From Bacteroidales bacterium (lineage in GTDB: Bacteria; Bacteroidota; Bacteroidia; Bacteroidales; GCA-2711565), in NCBI GenBank assembly GCA_963664245.1, contig OY760934.1, forward strand, positions 165,604-229,603: 64,000 bases of DNA, in the 5' to 3' direction. The notes beneath the pieces are model-generated. The model had not been told where the DNA came from. It saw only the letters and a program-made list of their open reading frames with translations, and searched no databases. Shown here piece after piece: positions 56,266 through 63,945 of the stretch (within the stretch, counting starts at the first letter, position 1; the number at the start of each line of letters is the position of its first letter). The position numbers and the translations under genes were made by a program.

Positions 56266-57492
56266 ATGAAAAAAGTAATTTTTGCAATATTTATTCTGGC
56301 TATATTCCTTGTTTCCTGTAACCATCAGAATATAGAGATTGCCCAGTGGGGAGGTTTGGATCGTAGTAGTTTTTATCCCGATAAAGACCTTTTGGATAAG
56401 TGGAAAGAAGGTGGGCCGGATTTAATCTGGAAATACGACAGCTTGGGCTGTGGATATGCCTCGGCGGCAGTGCTTTCCGATAAGGTAATTACAATTGCAA
56501 CTACTGATAGCATTAGCTATGTAGTAGCTTTTGACCATAAAGGAAGTGTCCTTTATAAAGAAAAATTGGGCCGGGAGTGGATGGCGAATTTCCCGGGAAA
56601 CCGATCTACGCCAATTATTTATGATGGCTTTGGCTATTTTCAGGGAAGCCTTGGGGTGCTTTATTGTTTTAATGCCGATAATGGCAAAGTCGTTTGGTCA
56701 AAAGATTTGTTTAAAGACTTTGATGGCGTAAACAACCATTATGGAATAACGGAAAATTTTGTAATCGACGGCGAAAAAATATTTGCTACCCCGGGAGGAG
56801 TGAAAAATAATATCATTGCCTTGAATCGTTTTAACGGTGATTTGATTTGGAGTATTAGCGCGAACAAAGAAGAAAGTGCTTATGGTGCGCCTAATATTAT
56901 TGAAGTAGAGAGTCAAAAATATTTGATAATTTTTACAAAGGGGAGTTTGTTTTCAATTAATCCTGAAACAGGAGAGATTTTTTGGAGCATGCTTTTAGAA
57001 GGAAAATCGACCAAAGCGATTACCCCAATTTATAAAAACGGATACCTATACGTAGGTGCCGGTTATAAAAATGGGTACATGAAATTGAAAATAGCTGAAG
57101 ATGGGCATTCTGTTAAAACAATTTGGGTAAATAAGGATATTACGAACGGCATGAATGGCGGTTTTATTTACGGTAACAAACTGTATGCTGGAACCGGTGG
57201 GCATCCTGCAAAAATGTTTTGCTCAATTGATCTGAACACGGGGAAGATTGTGGATTCTTTAAAAATGAATCCGCCAATGACAACTATTGGGGCTGATGGA
57301 AAAGCATACGTTTATTTGTTTCGATCGGGCGAAATAAAATTGATTGATCTGGAGAATGGCTTGAAAATAGTTGGTAGCTTACACATTCCAGGAGGAATTG
57401 AAAATGAACACTGCTCACATCCGGTAATTCATGATGGAAGATTATATGTTCGTCACGATAATAATTTGTTTGTCTACAATATTAAAGAATAG
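56266..57492 (+). CDS. PQQ-like beta-propeller repeat lipoprotein, tandem paralogue 4
   Basis: 408 aa with a lipobox (FLVSCNH). It has AQWGGLDRSSFYPDKDLLDKWKEGGPDLIW and a C-terminus HPVIHDGRLYVRHDNNLFVYNI. It begins 12 nt after paralogue 3. Confidence 0.8.
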   Translation: MKKVIFAIFILAIFLVSCNHQNIEIAQWGGLDRSSFYPDKDLLDKWKEGGPDLIWKYDSLGCGYASAAVLSDKVITIATTDSISYVVAFDHKGSVLYKEKLGREWMANFPGNRSTPIIYDGFGYFQGSLGVLYCFNADNGKVVWSKDLFKDFDGVNNHYGITENFVIDGEKIFATPGGVKNNIIALNRFNGDLIWSISANKEESAYGAPNIIEVESQKYLIIFTKGSLFSINPETGEIFWSMLLEGKSTKAITPIYKNGYLYVGAGYKNGYMKLKIAEDGHSVKTIWVNKDITNGMNGGFIYGNKLYAGTGGHPAKMFCSIDLNTGKIVDSLKMNPPMTTIGADGKAYVYLFRSGEIKLIDLENGLKIVGSLHIPGGIENEHCSHPVIHDGRLYVRHDNNLFVYNIKE

Positions 57493-57558
57493 TTTTAAGC
57501 ATTTTGTAAATTAGAGCTTTATTAAGAAAAACAGATTTTTTTTAGAGAAGTTGGAAAA

Positions 57559-58986
57559 ATGATACAGAGCCGAAAAGAATTAATGCTTGTTGTTTTGGGT
57601 GTTTTTATTGCGCTCAGCATACTTTTTTACTGGTTGGCATACAATCCTGTGACTGATCTGTCAGTGAGTTTGCCCGGAATGGATAACCGCCCCGAAGGCG
57701 GTGTTGCCGACGGGGAAGTGGTTACTATAGGAGCCAGCTTTATGAAATATGCCGATCATTCTTCCTGGCTTACCGGAAAATGGACCCGTTTCCGCGGGGC
57801 TGATTTTGATAATATCAATAAAGAAAACATTCCGCTGATTGATAACTGGAGCGGAGGTCCGAAAATTCTTTGGGAACACGATCTTGGAGAAGGTCATGCG
57901 GCTCCGGTAATTTATAACGGCAAAGTATATCTGCTCGATTATATTGAGAACCGGCGAACCGATGCTCTGCGTTGCTTTTCGCTGGAAACCGGCGAAGAAT
58001 TATGGAGCCGCTGGTATTTGGTAAAAATCAAGCGTAACCACGGCATGTCGCGTACAATTCCGGCCATCACAGATAAATATCTGGTGACCATAGGTCCGCG
58101 TTGCCATGTAATGTGCGTAAATCCCGAAAACGGGGATATGCTTTGGGGTATCGATATGGTAAAAGAATACGGCACTGAAGTGCCTTTCTGGTATACCGGC
58201 CAATGCCCGTTGATCGTTGATGATGTGGCCATCCTCGCCCCGGGAGGTTCTTCCCTGATTATTGGCGTGGATTGTGCCACTGGTAAAGTGCTTTGGGAAA
58301 CGCCCAATCCCGATAATTGGCAAATGTCGCACTCTTCCATCATGCCAATGACATACAACGGAAAGAAAATGTACATTTACATGGCCGTTGGAGGCATTGT
58401 TGGCATTTCTGCCGAAGGCGAAGATGTTGGCAAAATTTTATGGAAAACCACCGATTTTAACCCGAATGTTTTGGCCTCTTCGCCGCTTGTGTTGGACAAT
58501 GGGAAGTTTTATGTGACGGCTGGTTATGGAGCCGGAGCAGCCGTTTTTCAGCTCCAGGAAAATGCAGGGAACTATGCGGTTAAATTACTTGATAAATATA
58601 AACCTAAAGATGGGATTGCTTCCGAGCAACAAACCCCTATTTATTACAAAGGAAAAGTATTTGGGATTTTGCCCAAAGATGCCGCAGGAAACCGCAATCA
58701 ACTGGTTTGTGTTGATCCTGCAAATTTTCAGGAATTTGTGTGGACAAGCGGGAAAACGCATCGTTTCGGATTGGGACCATACGTTGTTGCCGACGACAAG
58801 TTCTTTATTTTAAATGATGATGGAACACTGACCATCGCCAAAGTAAACTTGAACCAGTTCGAGTTTTTGGATGAATACCGAATTACCGAGGGACACGATG
58901 CTTGGGGGCCGCTTGCCATTGCCGATGGTTACCTACTGATGAGAGATTCGAAAAAAATGGTGTGTCTAAATATAAAAGCCGACTAA
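57559..58986 (+). CDS. Membrane-anchored PQQ-like beta-propeller repeat protein (single N-terminal TM)
   Basis: 475 aa with an N-terminal anchor (LMLVVLGVFIALSILFYWLAY). It has WTRFRGADFDN...GGPKILW and blade motifs (GEELW, GDMLW, GKVLW, GKILW). The C-terminus is LAIADGYLLMRDSKKMVCLNI. Confidence 0.8.
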   Translation: MIQSRKELMLVVLGVFIALSILFYWLAYNPVTDLSVSLPGMDNRPEGGVADGEVVTIGASFMKYADHSSWLTGKWTRFRGADFDNINKENIPLIDNWSGGPKILWEHDLGEGHAAPVIYNGKVYLLDYIENRRTDALRCFSLETGEELWSRWYLVKIKRNHGMSRTIPAITDKYLVTIGPRCHVMCVNPENGDMLWGIDMVKEYGTEVPFWYTGQCPLIVDDVAILAPGGSSLIIGVDCATGKVLWETPNPDNWQMSHSSIMPMTYNGKKMYIYMAVGGIVGISAEGEDVGKILWKTTDFNPNVLASSPLVLDNGKFYVTAGYGAGAAVFQLQENAGNYAVKLLDKYKPKDGIASEQQTPIYYKGKVFGILPKDAAGNRNQLVCVDPANFQEFVWTSGKTHRFGLGPYVVADDKFFILNDDGTLTIAKVNLNQFEFLDEYRITEGHDAWGPLAIADGYLLMRDSKKMVCLNIKAD

Positions 58987-58990
58987 ACCG

Positions 58991-59980
58991 ATGAAAAACA
59001 AAGGAATTCTTATACTAATGATCGCCTTACTCCTGATAATTGTCGGGTTTATGGCAAGGGATTTATTTTTCGCGCCACAGGCAGAACCGAAAAATCCCTA
59101 TGAATACAATGTCGATCAGTTTAAAAAGGCTGATTCAGCATTGCTTTGTTATCGGGAAGTTGAACAGATTCAACCTAAAACGGAGATTCTTAATGCCATC
59201 GCTATTGATAAAAACGATCGTCTTTATGTATCCGGTAAAGAAAAGCTTTTTGTTTATGATGCAAATTTTCAGTTAGTTCATTTTTTTGAAACAGATAGTC
59301 AGATAAACGATCATATCAAATTTTCTGAAGATATTTATTGCATCAGTATTTCTGAGGATGGAACCATCTACCTCGGAATGGTTGATCATATTGAGGTTTA
59401 TTCCGCATCTGGCGGGAAAATTGCATCCTGGGAAAGTCGCGGGGAAGGAGCCATTTTTACCTCCATTGCACAAACGGAGACTTCGGTTTTTGTAGCTGAT
59501 GCCGGGAACAAAATCGTATATCATTATAACCATAAGGGGGATTTACTTAATACGATTGACGGGAAAAATCCGGACAATCCAAAAGGCTTTATTATCCCCA
59601 GTGCTTATTTCGATTTGTTGATAGGACGAAACGATGAGCTTTGGATCGTCAATCCTGGTTTGCACCAACTGGGAATGTATCGTCCGAATGGGGAATTGAT
59701 TTCTTCTTGGGGAGAAACATCCATGCGTTGGGAAGGTTTTTGCGGATGTTGTAACCCTTCGCATATTGCCATGCTTTCGGACGGTTCTTTCGTAACTTCC
59801 GAAAAAGGAATAGAAAGGGTTAAAATTTACCACCCCGATGGCGAGTTTAAATGCGTGGTGGCTGCACCCGACGATTTTATTGATGGTACACGCGATTTGG
59901 ATTTGTCCGTGGATTCAAAAGACAGGATTTATGTGATGGATAAAGAAAAAGGTTTAATCAGGATATTTGACAAAAAATAA
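58991..59980 (+). CDS. Membrane-anchored six-bladed NHL-repeat beta-propeller protein with a CGCC motif
   Basis: 329 aa with an N-terminal TM (ILILMIALLLIIVGFM). Six NHL-like units are visible (e.g. AIAIDKNDRLYVSG, ISISEDGTIYLG, VFVADAGNKIVYHYN, DELWIVNPGLHQLGMY, IAMLSDGSFVTSEKGIERVKIY, LSVDSKDRIYVMDKEKGLIRIF). The motif WEGFCGCCNPSH lies in blade 5. It begins 4 nt after the previous gene. Confidence 0.7.
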   Translation: MKNKGILILMIALLLIIVGFMARDLFFAPQAEPKNPYEYNVDQFKKADSALLCYREVEQIQPKTEILNAIAIDKNDRLYVSGKEKLFVYDANFQLVHFFETDSQINDHIKFSEDIYCISISEDGTIYLGMVDHIEVYSASGGKIASWESRGEGAIFTSIAQTETSVFVADAGNKIVYHYNHKGDLLNTIDGKNPDNPKGFIIPSAYFDLLIGRNDELWIVNPGLHQLGMYRPNGELISSWGETSMRWEGFCGCCNPSHIAMLSDGSFVTSEKGIERVKIYHPDGEFKCVVAAPDDFIDGTRDLDLSVDSKDRIYVMDKEKGLIRIFDKK

Positions 59981-59983
59981 AAG

Positions 59984-60184
59984 ATGGATAGAAAAGAATT
60001 TTTTAGAACTATCGGGCGAGGGGTTTTGTTTGCTGCTTTAATTGGTGGTGGGATATATTTGATGACAAGACCTAAGAAAACGGATGAATGTGAGCTTGAT
60101 TTTGTTTGTAAAAAATGCAACAAGTTGGACAAGTGTCGCTTGCCAGAAGCAAAAAAATATAAAGAAACAGAAAAGCTGAGGTGA
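59984..60184 (+). CDS. 66-aa micro-protein with Tat-like N-terminus, one TM and a C-terminal Cys4 motif
   Basis: It reads MDRKEFFRTIGRGVLFAALIGGGIYLM (an R-K variant of the S/T-R-R-x-F-L-K Tat motif), then ECELDFVCKKCNKLDKC (C-x6-C-x2-C-x5-C). The gaps are 3 nt to the upstream gene and 1 nt to the downstream gene. Confidence 0.55.
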   Translation: MDRKEFFRTIGRGVLFAALIGGGIYLMTRPKKTDECELDFVCKKCNKLDKCRLPEAKKYKETEKLR

Positions 60185-60185
60185 T

Positions 60186-60764
60186 ATGTCGGATCAGGAA
60201 AAGAAAAAAAATGTCGACCGCAGGGAGTTCATCAACACCGGGCTTCGGTTTTCGCTAGCCATTGGTATTGGTGGGCTGGCTCTCTCATTGGCTAAAAATG
60301 CCATCGGCGAAGAAATGGTTTGGCAGTTGGATGCGGCTAAATGTGTGCAATGTGGGCGGTGTGCCGATCATTGTGTATTACAGGTTTCTGCTGTGAAATG
60401 TATGCACGTTTACGATATGTGCGGTTATTGCGATTTATGCGGGGGGTATTATCGCCCGGAAGCCAGGGATCGCTCCACGGCCGCTGAAAATCAACTTTGT
60501 CCAACGGCTGCTATTGAGCGTAAATTCATCGAAGAACCTTTCTTTGAGTATCACATCAACGAAGATTTATGCATAGGCTGTGGGAAATGTGTAAAAGGTT
60601 GCGGGGCTTTCGGAAACGGGTCCATGCAATTGCAGGTTAATCACAGCATTTGCGTGAATTGCAACGAATGTTCTATTGCCCGTGTTTGTCCGGCAGATGC
60701 TTTTACCCGCGTGCCGGCCAGCAACCCTTATTTATTTAAAGGATTTGATTCATCAAAAAAATAG
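60186..60764 (+). CDS. Tat-signal periplasmic poly-ferredoxin (NapG / MauM / NosG-like, up to four 4Fe-4S motifs)
   Basis: 192 aa with a twin-arginine signal (VDRREFINTGLRFSLAIGIGGLALSLA). The Cys motifs are CVQCGRCADHC, CGYCDLCGG...LCP, CIGCGKCVKGC and CVNCNECSIARVCP. Confidence 0.75.
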   Translation: MSDQEKKKNVDRREFINTGLRFSLAIGIGGLALSLAKNAIGEEMVWQLDAAKCVQCGRCADHCVLQVSAVKCMHVYDMCGYCDLCGGYYRPEARDRSTAAENQLCPTAAIERKFIEEPFFEYHINEDLCIGCGKCVKGCGAFGNGSMQLQVNHSICVNCNECSIARVCPADAFTRVPASNPYLFKGFDSSKK

Positions 60765-60772
60765 TTCGCCGA

Positions 60773-62059
60773 ATGAAAAAGAAAATTCTAATACTTTTAA
60801 TGATCGTCATTAGCGGACTACAATTTGTTGAGCTGCAGGCTCAGCAAAGGTTTCCTAAGCCCGAGTTCGAATCGGGTCATACCCAGCCACCAACCATTAC
60901 CCCCGAGCCGCGCTCAACCACTATGGAATATGTGGATATATTTTTGCTCTTGGCTTCACTTTCATTGGTTACTTGGTTGGTGTTAAAAAAGCGTTCAAGA
61001 ATAAGCGTGTTTTGGGTGTCGGTTTTTGCGTTGGTTTATTTTGGCTTTATCAGGGAAGGCTGTGTCTGCTCGGTCGGTTCGTTGCAAAATATTGTATTGG
61101 CTCTTTTTAACCCCAATTACCAAATCCCGGTTTCGGTTATAGTGTTCTTTGCCCTGCCCTTGATTTTCTCATTGTTTTACGGACGGGTCTTTTGTGCTGC
61201 TGTTTGTCCTTTGGGAGCTATCCAGGATTTCTTCTTGATCCGCCCGGTAAGTATGAAAAAATGGTTGCAGTCGGTGCTTGGCTTGATCCCCTATATCTAT
61301 TTAGGATTAGCCATTTTATATGCGGCAACATCCACCGATTTTATTATTTGCCGTTACGATCCCTTTGTCGGGATTTTTAGGTTCAATGCTACCTTTATGA
61401 TGTATGTAATTGGTGGAGCTATACTGTTGATTTCTATGTTTGTTGGCAGGCCTTATTGCCGGTTTTTGTGTCCTTACGGTGTCCTGTTGAACCTCACCAG
61501 CCGCTTGTCGAAAAAGCATTTAAGCATTACACCAACCGAATGTATTCAGTGTCGTTTATGCGAAAATTCCTGTCCGTTCGGAGCCATTGATAAGCCCGTT
61601 GAAGCCAGAAAAGTAGAAGACCGTAGAAAAATTGTTAGACGATATTCGTGGATGGTGTTGCTGCTTCCCGTGCTGATGTTTATCGGCGGGTGGACGTTTG
61701 CCAGTTTCCACGAAACCCTGGCAAAAGTAAACCCTAAAGTTGAACTGGCCGGCTTGATTTTGGAAAATCCCGAGGTTCTTACCAAAGACATGAGCGAAGA
61801 TATTGATGCTTTCCGTGACTCCGGGAAAACCAAAGAACAACTGTTTACTGAGGCCGCTACCATTGTGAGCGATTTTTATAAAGGTTCGTGGTTGTTGGGT
61901 GGATTTCTTGGGCTGGTATTTGGCTTGACCCTCATGAAATTGACGATTGTAAGGTATCGAACCGATTACACCCCGAATAAAGGAGGCTGTTTTAGTTGTG
62001 CCCGTTGTGTAGACTATTGCCCGGTAGAAAAGGTGGATCATATTAGAATTGAAAAATAA
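60773..62059 (+). CDS. Polytopic membrane FeS protein (NapH / MauN / NosH-NosR C-terminal family)
   Basis: 428 aa with multiple TMs. It has two CX3CP motifs (GRVFCAAVCPLGAIQDF; GRPYCRFLCPYGVLLNL) and two ferredoxin motifs (CIQCRLCENSCP; CFSCARCVDYCP). About 130 aa containing two further TMs separate the ferredoxin motifs. Confidence 0.75.
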   Translation: MKKKILILLMIVISGLQFVELQAQQRFPKPEFESGHTQPPTITPEPRSTTMEYVDIFLLLASLSLVTWLVLKKRSRISVFWVSVFALVYFGFIREGCVCSVGSLQNIVLALFNPNYQIPVSVIVFFALPLIFSLFYGRVFCAAVCPLGAIQDFFLIRPVSMKKWLQSVLGLIPYIYLGLAILYAATSTDFIICRYDPFVGIFRFNATFMMYVIGGAILLISMFVGRPYCRFLCPYGVLLNLTSRLSKKHLSITPTECIQCRLCENSCPFGAIDKPVEARKVEDRRKIVRRYSWMVLLLPVLMFIGGWTFASFHETLAKVNPKVELAGLILENPEVLTKDMSEDIDAFRDSGKTKEQLFTEAATIVSDFYKGSWLLGGFLGLVFGLTLMKLTIVRYRTDYTPNKGGCFSCARCVDYCPVEKVDHIRIEK

Positions 62060-63930
62060 TGAGTTCAGAAATGAAGAATAAAAATATAAGACTTTGGAGA
62101 TGGGTAGCGGTTATTTCAGGCGCATTTACCATTTTAATTTGCTTTTTGTTGATGGCAACGTATTTTCAGTTGAACCGTTTGAATCCGGTTGAAACGGAAG
62201 CCATCAATACTTTGGTTCAGCGCTTAAGCGAAAACCCGGATGACGAAGCCTTGAGAAACGAAATCAGGTCGTTGGATTTGTTGGTTCGCAAAGCTTATTT
62301 TACGAACCAATGGCAGGTGAAAATCGGTGGTTATATCGCATTTATCAGCCTGGCCATTATGCTGATCGCCATCCAAATAATTTCCCAGTCAAAGCCTGTT
62401 GATCCTAAACTGGAAGAATTGGAAGATACCGACGATTTGCTGTTCAAAAAACGCTCCCGCAAGTGGATTTCCATCGGAGGCGTTTCAATAGTGTTGATCG
62501 CTTTGGTGTTGGCTTTTCTGACCCATGAAAAACTGGAAGCCAAATTTATCCGGGCAGCCATTGCCGAAGTAAATGAGCTTGAGGTTAAGACCGAGGTCGA
62601 GAATAAGCTTGAAAAAGAAGTGGTGAAAAATATGGAACAAGATACAGTTGCCCCTGATAATACCCCGGACGCTAAAACAGATGAAAAAGAAATTGTAAAA
62701 GAGACAAATCCTGCTAAACCTAAACCTAAATCTCAATCTCAAAAAAAAGAAACTCTCAGGGTATCTACTGCCAGCTACATGGAAAAAATGAAGAGTCAGT
62801 TCCCAACATTCAGAGGTGCTGGCGGCTTGGGGATCGCTTACCAAAAAAACATTCCCACTCAATGGGATGGGGCAAATAATCAAAACATAAAATGGAAAGT
62901 TAAGATTGATTATAAAGGCTACAATTCGCCGATTATATGGGACGATAAATTATTCCTGACCGGGGCGGATGCCAGCAAAAAAGAAGTTTTCTGTTACAAT
63001 AAAAATACCGGGGCTTTGCTTTGGTCAAAAGAAATTACAGGTATCCCAAATTCTCCGGAAGCTCCTGCCGTAACCGACGATACCGGGCATGCAGCACCAA
63101 CAGCTGCAACCGATGGCGAACGGGTTTATGCCATTTTTTCAAACGGAGATATTGTTGCCCTTGATATGAACGGGAAGATGGTGTGGGGCAATAACCTCGG
63201 TCTGCCACGCAACCATTACGGACATTCATCTTCATTATACACTTACGAGGATAAACTGATTGTGCAATACGACCAGGGAAACGCGGCGAAAATCTTGGCT
63301 CTGTCAACCAAAGATGGTTCTCAAATCTGGAGCACTCCGCGCCAGGTAAAAATATCCTGGGCATCGCCGGTTCTGATTGAAAGAAACGGGACGGTTGAGG
63401 TTGTTTTAAGTGCCGATCCTTTTGTTTGTGGCTACGATGTGGACACCGGTAAAGAATTGTGGAGCATCAAGTGCATGATGGGGGAGGTTGGCCCTTCTGT
63501 GGCTTATGAAAATGGGCTGGTGTTTGCCGTAAACGAATATGCCAGTTTGGTGGCTATTTCCGGTGGGAACACTCCCGAAATTCTCTGGGAAAGTTATGAT
63601 TACCTTTCAGATGTGCCAAGCCCGATTGCATACCACGATCTGTTGTTCTTGCCAACCAGTTACGGCGTGGTCGTTTGCCATAATGCCAAAACCGGAGAGA
63701 TTATTTGGGAACACGAATTCCCGGACGGATTTTATTCTTCCCCCATTTTGGTTAATGGGTTGATTTATCTGCCCGACATGAGTGGGAACATCCAGATATT
63801 TAAAGCCGAAAACAAATTTGAACTGGTGGCAAGCTGTCCTTTGGGAGAACGAATGGTTACTACCCCGGCTTTTGCCGACGGGCAAATATTCCTCCGTAGT
63901 GAAGAACATTTATGGTGTATTGGAAAATAA
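62059..63930 (+). CDS. Triple-TM-anchored PQQ-like beta-propeller repeat protein with a charged low-complexity linker
   Basis: 623 aa. The start overlaps the previous stop by 1 nt (TAATG). It has three TMs in the first ~165 aa and a Lys/Glu/Pro-rich linker (KTDEKEIVKETNPAKPKPKSQSQKKE). The propeller follows FPTFRGAGGLG, with blade motifs GALLW, GKMVW, GSQIW, GKELW, PEILW and GEIIW. Confidence 0.8.
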   Translation: MSSEMKNKNIRLWRWVAVISGAFTILICFLLMATYFQLNRLNPVETEAINTLVQRLSENPDDEALRNEIRSLDLLVRKAYFTNQWQVKIGGYIAFISLAIMLIAIQIISQSKPVDPKLEELEDTDDLLFKKRSRKWISIGGVSIVLIALVLAFLTHEKLEAKFIRAAIAEVNELEVKTEVENKLEKEVVKNMEQDTVAPDNTPDAKTDEKEIVKETNPAKPKPKSQSQKKETLRVSTASYMEKMKSQFPTFRGAGGLGIAYQKNIPTQWDGANNQNIKWKVKIDYKGYNSPIIWDDKLFLTGADASKKEVFCYNKNTGALLWSKEITGIPNSPEAPAVTDDTGHAAPTAATDGERVYAIFSNGDIVALDMNGKMVWGNNLGLPRNHYGHSSSLYTYEDKLIVQYDQGNAAKILALSTKDGSQIWSTPRQVKISWASPVLIERNGTVEVVLSADPFVCGYDVDTGKELWSIKCMMGEVGPSVAYENGLVFAVNEYASLVAISGGNTPEILWESYDYLSDVPSPIAYHDLLFLPTSYGVVVCHNAKTGEIIWEHEFPDGFYSSPILVNGLIYLPDMSGNIQIFKAENKFELVASCPLGERMVTTPAFADGQIFLRSEEHLWCIGK

Positions 63931-63945
63931 GAATTGAAGTACGGA

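Noticed and set aside
57939-58376. 145-aa and 110-aa minus-strand ORFs inside propeller gene 57559..58986, and the 161/105-aa minus-strand ORFs at 61546..62041
   Set aside because: These are antisense to genes with clear propeller or FeS motifs. They probably arise from the slightly higher G+C and codon bias of these genes and carry no signals of their own.
52333-63930. Calling the propeller proteins genuine PQQ-dependent dehydrogenases
   Set aside because: They are ~400 aa (the anchored ones are 475 and 623 aa), shorter than the ~600-aa eight-bladed quinoprotein dehydrogenases. I saw no adjacent-Cys disulfide ring or cytochrome domain typical of those enzymes. The PQQ-like label therefore describes only the repeat type, and no cofactor is implied.
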